A stretch of DNA of 63,379 bases, the filler included, from Dimargaris cristalligena (taxonomy: Eukaryota), in NCBI GenBank assembly GCA_003614675.1. It is 7 parts of 7 records of this genome, joined end to end, with 100 filler letters (N's around TTAATTAATTAA, not from the genome) between each part and the next. Parts side by side here need not be neighbours in the genome. Positions count along the whole stretch, not along the records: positions 36,311 to 45,273 come from ML003297.1; positions 45,374 to 54,326 come from ML003298.1; 5 more parts are not named here. The stretch is one strand, 5' to 3'. Shown here piece after piece: positions 38,216 to 50,223 of the stretch. The number at the start of each line of letters is the position of its first letter. The stretch's first letter is position 1. The translations under genes and the position numbers were made by a program. Under the pieces are notes generated by a model. It saw nothing but the letters and a program-made list of their open reading frames with translations, made no database searches and had not been told where the DNA came from.

Positions 38216-41151
38216 TTACCCCCGAAGGCGGGTGTTGAGTAAAAACATCCGCGCGGTAATAGGCAGCACGGCCGGTAGGGGTCGGGGGTCCACCATTAGG
38301 TTTAAGTAAATGGCATCTCGGAGCAGTGTCTTGAGGTGATCCGCTGGTTGATCATGAGAGGAACTGTGTGTGTGTGTGAGTGCCCGCGTAACAGCAGTCA
38401 CACATTAAGTACCAGGTTAGTCACAAGCAGGGAATGTTAATGTACAAATGTCAAACCAATATAGTAGCATATCCTCCAATGGTTAATAAGCCTATCCCCA
38501 ACGCGGTACAGCCGGATATGATGATGATGTCAGGAAAGGAATGTCCATCGTACAGTAACGAAGGCGAATCATTCAAAAATATAACAGTGAATCCACCACA
38601 TGACCAAGTCGAGGTCACGGGAAATATCATTAAATGTAAAAATAACAAAGGGGTAGTTCAACGCTTCAAGCCATAGATAGGCCAGGTTTAACAATGAAAC
38701 CCTCCATTCTTTTAAATCGCTAAGTTTGGGTATTATTGTCTACACCAGCTTCTCTTAACAGGAAACCATAGTGGCGACAAACTGCTGGCCTATTCTATTC
38801 TTCTTATCCCTATTTTTTTTCTTTCTTCGGTTTCTACACGTGCTCATTCCATGAGGCAATCTTAATACTATATCACTTCTCTCAGGGGTGATTATAACTT
38901 ACATGCCGCGCATTTCACAGGCTTCATTCAATTCGACCGGACTCAGAGAGTCGATTCCCTCCTTACGAATGTACTGTGACGGTGGTGGAGTGTGGTAATT
39001 ACATCAAGATATGGTGGTGACCCCACGTAAGGTATACGCAATTGTATTCAACGGGGGGTTGGTTACATAGTGGAAGTTCATGCACATATATATTGCATAA
39101 GTGAATGGGCGATAAATTTGGTTAGATTTGATGCTAATACATCTCCTTAGTATGATTAATGCGCCGATTCCTTTAATGATCATTGGTGCTAGAGAGATAC
39201 CGACAGTTGTCCCAACCAGCAACCATTTCAGCCATCTGGGAGGAGTATCGGTACGATTCCTAGCCTGACTTCAGAAACGTCTGACTTACCTGGTCATCCT
39301 CCTTGATATACGCGAGGTGCTTGGCCACCTTCTTTTGCAGAGAGCCCGTAGTACCTACATAACCCATCCCCGTGAACCTAAATATGATGTCAATACGCAT
39401 AGTAGTATCCATTCTGTTTAATCAATGTTCCTTGATTGAAATGTGACTCTTTGCGTCATCGATTCTCGTTGACAAGTCCCCTGGTGTATTGTTTTATACC
39501 AAGAGGCCTTTGTCTTGGGGGCCTCTGCTTTCCACTCAGCATTCAATCAACGAACTTATAGGCCATGTTAGCCTTAGTGGGTATTCCAAATCCATCCTTA
39601 TTATCAGTAGGAATGGGTCAGTTCAGTAGAAGGGCTGAGCTCATCTGCGAATCGCAATAGATCTCCCCTTCACTCATTAATGCCCCCCTCTCTGCATAAT
39701 TAACCGACTTACCGGCAAATATTCTTCAAAGCGGCCTTTGGGAGGGTTGAAACATCCAGATTGTTTTGGTACAGATCGGCAATCTGAATAATTTTCTTGG
39801 CAGACATGAAGTCATCGACCGCCAACTAAGGGAGTTTATAGCCGACCAAGATGCAATAATTAAAGCCAGCGTCAAGTAACATAGAGGGAACAAGGTGAGT
39901 GCTTGGTGTAATATATAGATCGGTAGGTAGAGCATGTAAAACTAGGAAGGAGGTCTCTAATCATTTCGACCCATTCATATTAGTTAGTCGCCACAATATC
40001 CCCGTGTATAAAGTACAGATCCTAGACAAGGGCTTGATAAATCAGACTGACTTACTCGACTGTTGGTCTTGGCCGACTCCACCACTGAATCATGGATATT
40101 CTGGCGAGCCTCGCGGGCTTTGCGGTACTTCTTAGTCAAGTTCTTTTCCGAGATACACGTACTGGGGAAAAAACCCGGCGCCAACACAATAAGTATCACT
40201 AGGAGTTCGGGGATGATAATGGCCGTGAGGGCGAACGGAAGTAGGCGCTGAATGTCCTCGGGCGCGTGGTACATCTAAAAAACCATCATAATAAATGTAT
40301 TTTTTAATATAGGGGTTGTGGCGGTTAGTACAGCCGTTATCATCGAATGCGTGTACATAGGGGGGGATGTCATCCATTAGTCACCACCAGGAGTTTGGTT
40401 GCGATAAACCTAATATAGCTATAAATATTTATATACAGGAGCATCTGCCTTTTATTTTTTACAACTTACCAGGCGATGTTCCCGGCGAACCAGTTGGCGG
40501 CCCATTTTCTCCCCACGCCGCAGCTCGTTCGCCATCTTGCGATTGCGAAACACTTGTCGAAATCCGTTGAAGTAGAACCAGGCCGATTTCTTGATTTTTT
40601 CACTCATGGAGGGCTCCACCGTTTTGGCGGCCAAAGTATCGGCGAGTGAAGAGGCGGAGGTAGGGGCAGTGGGGGTCGCCTTACCGCCGGACTCATTAGA
40701 CTGTTTCGGGGAAGCGGGGGTTACCGTAGCCGTAGTCGTCGTCGAAGGAGCAGCAGGGGCAGTGGTTGGGTCATTCTTAAGAGGCTCCACCGAGTTGGCC
40801 AGATGTTGCCAGGCGGAGGTACGGTAAGTGAATCGCTGGCTAGCCGAGCAGGATGGGTTGGCTCCGACCGCCCACGAAGTCGAGCGGAATAGGGTGGTGC
40901 GGTAAGTCGAGGTGACAACTGACAATGGGGCAAGTCGACCCTTTGGCGTCCGAGCCGAAACCAGGCTGAGAGTGGTACTGTTGAAACCCCCCCCCCCCAA
41001 AAAAAAAAAAATGACAGTAAGGTATACCATATAGTTGAATAGAGGTTTGTTTACGGTATTACAAGCCTCCTGGCAGGCACATGCGCGATGGGCACGTAAG
41101 CTGTACCGAGTAATATAAAGTAGGCAATATTTGCCCAAATTGACCGGTCAT
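38216..41151 (-). CDS. LETM1-domain mitochondrial inner-membrane protein (LETMD1-like); exons ~41151-41063 (start uncertain), 40978-40470, 40274-40056, 39825-39713, 39377-39290, 38973-38903, 38363-38216
   Basis: Spliced translation WFYFNGFRQVFRN..LVRREHRL-MYHAPEDIQRLLPF..IIIPELL..APGFFPSTC...HLAYIKEDDQ-YIRKEGIDSLSPVELNEACEMRG. Intron phases are compatible; Arg/Ser/Thr-rich presequence-like N-terminus. Confidence 0.88.
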
Positions 41152-41889
41152 CGTGAGTGAATGGGCACCGACACCCGGGCCGAATTCCGCTGCCATATAC
41201 CTCCACCGACCGCCATACGGGGATTGCAAGACCGAATCGAGCAATGGCCTGCATGCCTTGGCCCATGTGCACGCGTGGATGTTCAAGCGATTAACAGGAT
41301 GTCAACTTACCCGAGTGATTTGGTCAACATTTTGTACAGTAACTAAGGTCACCGATAATAAAGGAATGGGGTGAAGCTTAGATGGGGATATTTAGGAGGA
41401 AAGGAGGTGGTAATCTATACAGGTCCTTTGGCTGGAGGACCTAACCAGATTTCCCCAATGGCCTCGCTTATTGGGAGCAAGCCACGTCACGCTTTTTCCT
41501 AGGAGAATTTGGCTTGACTGCATCATCCCCGAACGCAGTGCCCCCCTTTTAACCGTGTTCATCAACTGTAAACTATTTGGCGTATTAAATTAATGATTTC
41601 ACCAACATTTATACTTTAGCTATCAATTCCAACGTCGTATTTCTCACTTTATAGTCAACGCAAAGTAGTTATAAATATATATATAGCATGCCTATTTAAT
41701 AACCCATACATAAGTATATAAGTAAGTGTGATGTTAGGTAGTCTTCCAATACTCCAACTTCGGAATAGATTTTCATATATATATCTCGATAAAAACCATG
41801 GACACCAGGCCCTAGTTTATTAAGTTTAAATTTTGGTTTTGGCATAAGCCCGTATTTTTGTTACCGAATGGGAGGACAACTCTCTAGTA

Positions 41890-43506
41890 CTACGCTGCCG
41901 ATGGTTCCGGAATATCCGTCAATTCGGGTTCCGCTGACCCTTCCCGCGATGAAGGGGCAGAAGAAGCAGCGACAGGACTCGCGGTTTCGGAACCTTGGAC
42001 TTGGGGCATTTTCCGCTGGGGAATGAATTGCATCATAGCTTCCGCCCAGTCCTGGGTTTCGAGGTACTTGAGGATAATCTCCATGACTATAGAGCGCCAC
42101 AGCAGAATTGAGAAAATGGACAATGGCACGTACATGGGGGTTTACACACAACTAATTAGGCCAAGTCATTTAATGAAATACGCCACATTGTTTATTTCCC
42201 GCAGCTCGGCCGAGTGTGATCCAAGTATAATTAACACGCTTCCTAGTTTGCTAGTTGCTAAGAGGGATATTGGGTCAGTTACCTTGATTGACCGTCAAAA
42301 CCTTGCGTGACGCCATTTTGAGGAAGTCACCGATGGGTAGCCGGGCAGTCGCAATTCCCTGTTCCGAAGCCTTTTGGTGGGTTACGCCCTACATTATCAA
42401 TCATCAATCATGTCGAAAAATCCCAATCCCACTCCGGTTAACAATGTATGGTATAGAAATCCGGGAGCACATACACATATAGATGTTCTAATATTTCAGT
42501 CGGTCAGGATTACACTTCTCTCACCTATCCCCAATTGTATAAACGAAGGGAGAATTGGGCAGTTACAAACCAATTGACGCATCATACGTACCTTGTGTCG
42601 ATTTTTATCTACGAATGTACCCAAAATATAGACCTTGTCTTCGTCCAAAGTGGTCAGTGTATGGTCCGAATCTGCCGTTAGGTAGACCAGTTTCTCTTTA
42701 TCGAATACCTCGAGATAGCTGCGGGGTTCGAACGTAATTTCCTTCCAGTTTTCGTATTCGCGCATAATCGAACCAAACTGGGCCTGGGTCCGGCCCTGTA
42801 ATTCAGTAACCACCAAGTTGACTTTGCGTTTAGCGGTCCGGTTGTCTGAGTAGCACCGCGCCACCTGTCGGACAGTCGATGGGATTTCCTATCGTAGTTG
42901 AGTAAGTTCCGCGAGGTATACAAGTAGATAGCACAATTCCGCCATAAACAAAAACACATTTACTTGGATTAGTATAGAAAAAGCGGTGTGCAGAAAACCC
43001 GAAATCCTTATTCATCCATTCGGGGGAGGAGGGTTGAAAGTAAGGTGCTTACTAAATCAACCCCGCTCTAATTGAACAGCCAGCTAATGCAAGGGCAGAA
43101 CGTGAAGAATACCGTAGAAAAATTAACGAACCTTATCCAGCATCAAGTGGTCAAACGACATATCCAGTACGACGGTCAGACTCGTCTGTTCGCCTCCGAA
43201 TCGATTATGGCGCGGCTCGGGCGGGGTTATGACTCCATTCTGAATAAGCTCCCGCCGCCGAATTTTTTTTTCTTTACGTAGGGCTTTCCGTTGGGTGATG
43301 CGGTTCTCTCGCCCGGCCTCCCACTTCTGCTGGCGGAGCAGACGCTTCTGGGCGTTTTTCGACAGGGCCAGCGCGGCGGTAGCGGCTACCGGGTCGGTCG
43401 GGGCTGGAGTAGTCGTCGCCGTCACCGCCGCCGCAGCAGAAGCCACGCTCGAGTCCGAGGTGGGGTGGGCGGACGGGGTCGTAGGTGTGGCGGGTACGTC
43501 GGTCAT
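41890..43506 (-). CDS. TRM10: tRNA (guanine-9-N1)-methyltransferase; exons 43506-43132, 42888-42592, 42388-42283, 42086-41890
   Basis: [91 protein letters not shown]. Confidence 0.95.
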
Positions 43507-44004
43507 GTGGGGATGCGGAAGTGTTTGGGGGCAGAGAGTAGGTGTGAAGGAATGCAACCAAGGGCTGTGCAAAAATAACTAAATAACTAGTAAATAGACA
43601 AGAAATGTTCATGTGCTAGTTTTTTTAGGAGGTACCCATTGGTGTAGGAAAGTTAAAAAAAAGTGTTTCGGACGCGTGTGCTCCGAGTATACAGAGGGAA
43701 GCGACTTGGCGACTGAAATGGGGGAAATGCTAAGCACAAACCCAGGAGAGGGGGAGGGAGGCTTAACCAGCTCAACGGAGTCCAGGTCCCACGCGGTACG
43801 CTCGAAAAACAGTGGGGTTTGGCGTTCCATTGAAGTAACGTGACCTATATTTCATCGTCTTAGCTAGGCATTAAAAAATAGGGAAGCTAGAGTCATCTCC
43901 ATTAAATATGGTACATGTGTGAACTAACAGCCCCACAGCACTACTATGATCGATTAGGAGGCATCCCTCCCCCGCCCTTCCCCTCCTCACCAAATGCAAC
44001 TCCG

Positions 44005-44750
44005 CTAATTTTCAAAAATGACCTGGGCCACGACCCAGTCACCGTCATGCGATAAGGAGACGTGGCTATGTCCCGCTCCGTCACACTCCTGTGCCCGCTC
44101 GATTTTTAAGTAGGGTTTGGGTGAGCCTAGTCCAATGGTAGAGTTGTCAAATTGTGATATATACATAAATCGAAAGCCGCGCAACTTAGTCGTAGTTAGT
44201 ATTGCAGGTAATTTTCGACCCCCCTCAAAAAAAAACCCCCCGGACTATCCCGTCTCCAATATATTAATAGAAAACGCTCTCCAAAATGGACAAATACCCC
44301 TCCACCCCCCGCTCGGTATAATCTCGTCAGTGTGTCGGCATATTCAGTTAATAAGGTGAAAGAGTGGGGGAGGGGGGAGGTGCCCGCGTTATTACCTGTC
44401 GATTTCACAAGGGCCACTTCTTTCCAAGTGAGTTTACGTTGGGGATAGAGGGCCTTATACGCCGCTTCCTTGACCGCCCACCGAGAAGCCAAGAACCAGA
44501 CCATATCGTCAGGCACGGGGCGTTGGGACCGTATCACTCCGGCCGCAACCCCAACCCCAACCCCAACCCCAGCCCCTCTCTCCGACTCACCCGTCCCCGT
44601 TAAAGGTGCACCCCAGCGGCGTTGGTAGTCGGTCCACTCGGTGGGATGTAAAATGCGCCGGGCGAACCGGGTCGCATGACCAGGACCTTGTTCTACAATG
44701 CGCCGAATGCGGGAAATGCAACACAGATCAATGCCAATGCCCACAATCAT
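44005..44750 (-). CDS. PPT2: AcpS-type 4'-phosphopantetheinyl transferase (mitochondrial holo-ACP synthase-like); exons 44750-44396 and 44126-44005
   Basis: MIVGIGIDL, RFARRILHPTE, FLASRWAVKEAAYKAL; exon 2 GSPKP...HVSLSHDGDWVVAQVIFE. Confidence 0.9.
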
Positions 44751-45015
44751 GGTAACGTCCAGGTAAGACCAACTAGACAAAGTCGCTAAAATATATAGAA
44801 TATTAAGGGCCAAGGCGAAAACAAAATAAAAGGGAAATACAAGTAAGCCAAGCAACCTTCACCACCAAAGATATTAACCAGTCTATATAACCGAAGTACA
44901 GCGAAATTGCACTAAGAATACTATACATTCCCCCTTTCAGTTTATGGATAAAATATTGAATATTCCTCCCATGAATAGCAACTACCCCGCGAACGGGACG
45001 GAAAGAACAAAAAAG

Positions 45016-45089
45016 CGATCGCAGCAGGACTCGAACCTGCAATCTCCTGATCCGTAGTCAGGTGCCTTATCCAATTTGGCCATGCGACC
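45016..45089 (-). tRNA. trnR-ACG: tRNA-Arg(ACG), intronless
   Basis: GGTCGCATGGCCAAATTGGATAAGGCACCTGACTACGGATCAGGAGATTGCAGGTTCGAGTCCTGCTGCGATCG folds as a cloverleaf; anticodon ACG; GGTTCGAGTCC B-box; T6 Pol III terminator follows. Confidence 0.96.
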
Positions 45090-45273
45090 CAGTACAATTG
45101 TTGTTGTTACGATGTTGGGCAATGTAAATAGTAATAAAATAAAAATATAATAGAAATAATACCCTCGGGTACTCGAAAATAACTAAAACAAAATCAAACT
45201 TCCGCAGAAGTGCTATCTGGTGAATTCTTCAGCCTCAAATAAAAAGTTGTGTTTATTGATAAGATATTCCACC

Positions 45274-45373
45274 NNNNNNNNNNNNNNNNNNNNNNNNNNN
45301 NNNNNNNNNNNNNNNNNTTAATTAATTAANNNNNNNNNNNNNNNNNNNNNNNNNNNNNNNNNNNNNNNNNNNN
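45274..45373. other. Artificial contig linker
   Basis: N run with TTAATTAATTAA. Confidence 0.98.
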
Positions 45374-45481
45374 TCAGGGGCAGGGGCAGGGGCTCATTCA
45401 CTCGTCAGGGGTGTACTTCCGATAAGTGCGAAAAATGGATTAAAAATAAAAGTAGGTAAAAAATGTGGTAAGTTTACCACA
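45374..45481 (+). repeat. Repeat family D end
   Basis: Matches ~54455-54557 and the reverse complement of 17690-17790; ends TGTGGTAAGTTTACCACA. Confidence 0.85.
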
Positions 45482-45941
45482 AAGGCTATAAATGCAGGTG
45501 TAAGCAAGGGATGTGCAGTGAGTATACTTACTAGCCAATACAAGGGTGGTGTGTATATATAGGGTTTATTAAGGGTAAACTAGGGGGTAAGAATAAGCTA
45601 AAGTATCTAACCTGTCCAAATGGGGCCCAGTTATATATATACAGGGGCAACTCTAGAGGGAGGCCCCTGGGGAAGGATACTACTAAGACTAAGGTATAGG
45701 TAAATAAGCTAACCAGACAGCTGTTAGGACCTAAAAGACTCTGATGGCAACTGGAGGAGTCTTTAGATTAGCACCTGAGTGATTAGTACAAAGAGGCAGA
45801 GTCTGGAAGGGGAATAGTTATATAATATAGGGTGATCCCATAGTACTAGGGGTGACCATAGGAAGGTTAATATAGTGCTATAAGGCCTAATAGGGATGGC
45901 CACCATCATATCTAGATTAGGGTGGATTGGATGGTCTAACA
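45482..45941 (+). repeat. Repeat family C copy
   Basis: Colinear with ~16832-17292. Confidence 0.85.
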
Positions 45942-47050
45942 CAACAAAGTACACTTATAAGAATAGGACTGTTACAGCCATGTATATGGTCTTTAGAAGG
46001 CACTAAGATATCTAGTGGTAAATCCTTCTATATATGGGATATACTGTACCAGCCAGTAGGAAATACTTTTGGGGTACTGAGATATCCATCCAGAGGTGGT
46101 GGAGGTCACATATACCTTGACCCCTACTCTCCTTCATGGAACTAGGAGGTTCCCTTTCCATTCTATTTGGTTCTACTTATTCAATATATACTAATCTGTC
46201 ATTTATTGTAACATGCAGGCCGAGTAGGGCCAAGTAACTATAATGCCAAGTGGGGACTTTCAAGACTATAATAAGTATTTTCTTAAGATCTAAAGAGGTC
46301 AGGCTGTTGTGTGTAGATTTCTAATTTATACCTCTTGTTCTTTAGTCAGTTGGCAGGGCGGTGGCTGCTTGCCAATTAAAGGGCTTCGGGTGATTGCCGT
46401 CTGTGGGCTTGGTGGGACACTCTCATCAGTGAGGTCGAGCGTCATCCTGAGCTCTGAGTGGTCGGCCTCGCCCAGCAGTTGCATTATAAACATTACAGTA
46501 TATGGAACCCGTGTGGATTGGTTATAGTATAACTAAATACGACCGGGTAGGGCCAAAGGGTGTGTTACCATAGGTGGAGTTCCGAGTGGGGAGGGTGAGC
46601 AAACTAGCAAGTAAAGTATAAATTATGATTTTATTGAGTTATGTCGAACCCAGACTTTCCGGTTGGATAGACCAGTTTTATGTCCTCGGTTGGTTTCTCT
46701 GGCCCAGTTGAGTTGGCTATCGCACGCACTACATTGGACTGGGGATCCGGAGAGGGGGAGTCACGTGAGGTGTCAGGAGCTCTGGGGGTCCCTTGATTTA
46801 ATGGTTACAATAGCTATTCGGCACTCCAATGCTACAATATTAAATGTCCAATAGCTTCACAACTATGGCTAACCTTCCATCAGATAAGAAACCCCTATAG
46901 ACCATAGTAGCCCGTTTGGAAGTAAGTCGCCCCACTTACCCTATAACGTATGACATAGTCTTGGAAAATAACAATACTTGATAACTGGTTTAGAGTTGCA
47001 GCAAGTTCTACAACCGCTTGGCTTTATTTTAAACTCTGTATCTTTTTATA

Positions 47051-47189
47051 TGGGTGAAATTCAAACCAGCTGTTTAAGGTTTTATATGATACATGTATGG
47101 GTGAATAATCTGTGAGAATAGCTTTTAACCGGTAATATTGGCCTCATCCAATGGATTTTTCATTATACAGCCTGAATGAACTTCTCCCA
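47051..47189 (+). mobile_element. MITE family A, copy 5, ~230 bp upstream of the Zn2Cys6 gene
   Basis: TA|TGGGTGAAATTCAAACCAGCTGT ... TTATACAGCCTGAATGAACTTCTCCCA|TA. Confidence 0.85.
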
Positions 47190-47422
47190 TATGTTTGGCA
47201 CAATACTTCATTCTTACCACTCCATTCCCTTGACGGTCATACTCATTCCCAATGACACCCCACTGACTCATTTTTATAGTTACTGCGGCCATTTGATATG
47301 AAATGGTCTATTGCTCATTTTTACAATAAACTCTTTTATTATAATTGTTACTGCCCCATCTCGCACCTAATCGTAAACCCAACCAGCCTTCTCCACCAGT
47401 TACTTGTAATTCAGACCTGCCC

Positions 47423-49726
47423 ATGGCCCGCTTTTCCATGACTTCCTCTAGTCCGCCATCACCGACCCCACCAAACGCCCCAGGGGCCCCTAGTCCCCAC
47501 TATTCTCAATGTTCTTGTCTCACCTGTCGCAAACGTAAAATTCGCTGCGACCGGCTACTACCCCGGTGCACCTCATGCCAGCAATGGGACTCGGAATGCC
47601 AATACGAACTTACCCCGGCTCGCCTCCGAAAAGCCCTGGCACGTGCGACAGCCAGCAAGGCATTGGCCCAGGATAAGCCCTCGATGGAAGCGCAGTCCCC
47701 GGCCAAAAAGACCACCAAGAGGAAAAAGAGGGTCAAGCCAGTCAAACCAGTCCCCCGAGTCCGCTTAGTACCCCTTGCACCGGCGACCAAACGGGCTATA
47801 CCCCCGAAAATCCCTCAGAATACTGTGACGAAGCCGGTCCTCACGGAACCAGAACCAAAACCAGAGCTCACGCCAACACCAACAGTAGCACCGGAGCTAC
47901 CAGACGTCGACGATTCTAATTTCCCATTTATTCTATCCCCGGTTATTCCCCGGACGCACTACATTCCCCCGAGGGATCAAAATGATGATTTTTCGACTTT
48001 ATCGAACTCCCCTATTCCAGCAAACTTAACCAGTATTTCTTCGCTCATCTTACCGCTATCGGTCTTTTACAGCGCTAAACGGCTTTGTTTGGCCAACTTG
48101 GTGGTGGATAATGTGAACCAGCGGACCGCTCGACTGCTATTCAAACTTCTTCGGGGCCGGCCGTCGTCGGCCAACGGTGTCCCATACCTCGATCAGATTT
48201 CGCATTTGGCGGAACAGGAAAGAACGAGCACTTCATCCAATGGCCTTGATATATCGAAGTGTAGCCCACCCAACTTCCGCTCCATGTTTGTATCCACCGA
48301 CTTAATCTATCATTCCGACGTGGTTCGCCATTCACTGGAGGATTTTTGCACCTTCATTTATAAAGGCCATAGTCCTTTGCAACGTCTCCGTGTGATGTAT
48401 CGATTGGAGAATCGACTTATCTCCGAACCCTTTCAACTGGCCACCATGATGGCCATGGCGCCCTTTTCCGATCATCCCGTTTTCGACCATATTCCACCAG
48501 ATACGGTTAATGTTCACTACCACTCTAAGCTGGTTTCTATGCTTCCGACCTGCTTAGCCGAATCCAGCCCCGACATGTTCGGGGTACTGGGGGTATTGGC
48601 CGAAACAACCTTAGGCCTGGGCCTATTTGACCTCCACCAGTCCCTAATTGCTGCGTCAACCCGCAAACAGCAGTCCGCGCGCATACACATTATTGACCAT
48701 CCCAATCCGCCCCCACAACCAGGCCACCTGATTTCGGAGGCCGACTCATTAATAGACGCACCCACCATTCGTGACGAATTTCTGCGTGACCATTATCGGA
48801 CGGTGTGGTGGACAACTTTCAGTAAAGATGTGCTTAGTGCGCTGGTTTTTGGCTACGAACCATTGGTTGACTTCAACGATTGCTGTGTCAACCTACCTCG
48901 TGCTAACCAAGATGCCGAATGCCGACTAGATATGGAACTTGCGAATCCATTGTCGGATATCTTCACTAGTACCAGATACCCGACTATGCTCGTAAACTCG
49001 CGGATCAAAAACAGTATTACTACTGTCAAGGCTAAATTATCTATTCTAGGTAACCAAGTCGCCAAACTTCGAGCGCGCCAGGCAAGTGATCCTGAGTCCT
49101 GGCTCCGAGCTTTACCGCAACTTAACCAGGAGCTCGAACGATGGTACGACCTCTTTGCAGAAGTTGCCCAGGGGGATTATCGTCTATTTGAACTTACATC
49201 GGCACTACCTTCCCAAAGAGAAGCCGACGCATTATGTTTCCGGGTTCGTGTATTATGCTCGATGATGATAATTCACCTCAACCACTTCGATGGCTATTCG
49301 CCGGATAGTATGGAACCTTTCCCCGGCTCGGCCTTGTGCAATGCTCTCCAAGCCGCCGGGAAGTCAGTGGATTGTACCTTGACTGAATGCCACGAGCGAT
49401 GCTGGTCAGCTGTCTTACGCCTCCGCGAATTTACTATCGACTCGTCCACCCCGCCTGGGTTCATCAACAACACGATGTTTATTTCAGCGCTGTACCCGGC
49501 TGCCATACTATGTAACGAACGGTTCCATGGTATGGGTTCCGTAGATCCTTTTCCAGTTAAACGTGCCGATCGAGAACTTGCCTCCGACTTCATTAACAAA
49601 ATTATTCAGATACTGGATAGTTTTGGGCAACTTTGGAAAGCCAACTTGAAGCTTGTCGAGGACATCCGCGTCATGCGCAACTCCCCTTTCTCGCGACGTA
49701 GTCTAACTATTAAACATATCGTATAA
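47423..49726 (+). CDS. Zn(II)2Cys6 fungal transcription factor, intronless
   Basis: CLTCRKRKIRCDRLLPRCTSCQQWDSECQY. Middle-homology-like region RDHYRTVWWTTFSKD...DFNDCCVNLP. First in-frame ATG at 47423. Confidence 0.92.
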   Translation: MARFSMTSSSPPSPTPPNAPGAPSPHYSQCSCLTCRKRKIRCDRLLPRCTSCQQWDSECQYELTPARLRKALARATASKALAQDKPSMEAQSPAKKTTKRKKRVKPVKPVPRVRLVPLAPATKRAIPPKIPQNTVTKPVLTEPEPKPELTPTPTVAPELPDVDDSNFPFILSPVIPRTHYIPPRDQNDDFSTLSNSPIPANLTSISSLILPLSVFYSAKRLCLANLVVDNVNQRTARLLFKLLRGRPSSANGVPYLDQISHLAEQERTSTSSNGLDISKCSPPNFRSMFVSTDLIYHSDVVRHSLEDFCTFIYKGHSPLQRLRVMYRLENRLISEPFQLATMMAMAPFSDHPVFDHIPPDTVNVHYHSKLVSMLPTCLAESSPDMFGVLGVLAETTLGLGLFDLHQSLIAASTRKQQSARIHIIDHPNPPPQPGHLISEADSLIDAPTIRDEFLRDHYRTVWWTTFSKDVLSALVFGYEPLVDFNDCCVNLPRANQDAECRLDMELANPLSDIFTSTRYPTMLVNSRIKNSITTVKAKLSILGNQVAKLRARQASDPESWLRALPQLNQELERWYDLFAEVAQGDYRLFELTSALPSQREADALCFRVRVLCSMMIIHLNHFDGYSPDSMEPFPGSALCNALQAAGKSVDCTLTECHERCWSAVLRLREFTIDSSTPPGFINNTMFISALYPAAILCNERFHGMGSVDPFPVKRADRELASDFINKIIQILDSFGQLWKANLKLVEDIRVMRNSPFSRRSLTIKHIV

Positions 49727-50223
49727 TTGGGACCATGCTATGCTAACGCGCTTTTACCTTTGAATAGTATTAAATCGAACAGGACACATGCTATTTCCCT
49801 TAATATTGTGAATCACACCGACCTATTTGCATATTGGGAGATATTGAGGCCAGGGTGTTTTTCTCACTTTATCCTGGCCGCCAGAACTGCCACAACAATG
49901 AATTTTCACTATAATAAAAATATTGCAAAGTTAATAGCCATAATTAATTAACCATTCGTGGTAGACACGTCCTTTTAGCCAAATTGTTGTTGCAGGCATT
50001 TTGGAAATCAGAAATGTTCAGCCAGCAGATGTTATTGACGCGTACAACACAATTCTGGTAAAGTTCCCAAAATCGCAAATTTTATCAAAACCCATTTGTA
50101 TTCTTTCGCCCGATTCGGCAAATGCCTGAGTAAGTCATGTTAACCAAAGTTGGAAGCAACGGGATGGTCTATTTGGATAGAGATATTGTAGCAGTTATAA
50201 CTGCAGAGGGTTTGTTGGTCACT

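Noticed and set aside
44545-44570. CCCCAA repeats as telomeric sequence
   Set aside because: Only about four units, and inside a coding exon.
44005-44750. PPTase as partner of the NRPS in a biosynthetic cluster
   Set aside because: Different contig, AcpS-type rather than Sfp-type, and the NRPS is a pseudogene.
44751-44855. Hydrophobic N-terminal extension of the AcpS ORF
   Set aside because: Relies on a non-ATG start; the family-typical start MIVGIGID is at 44750.
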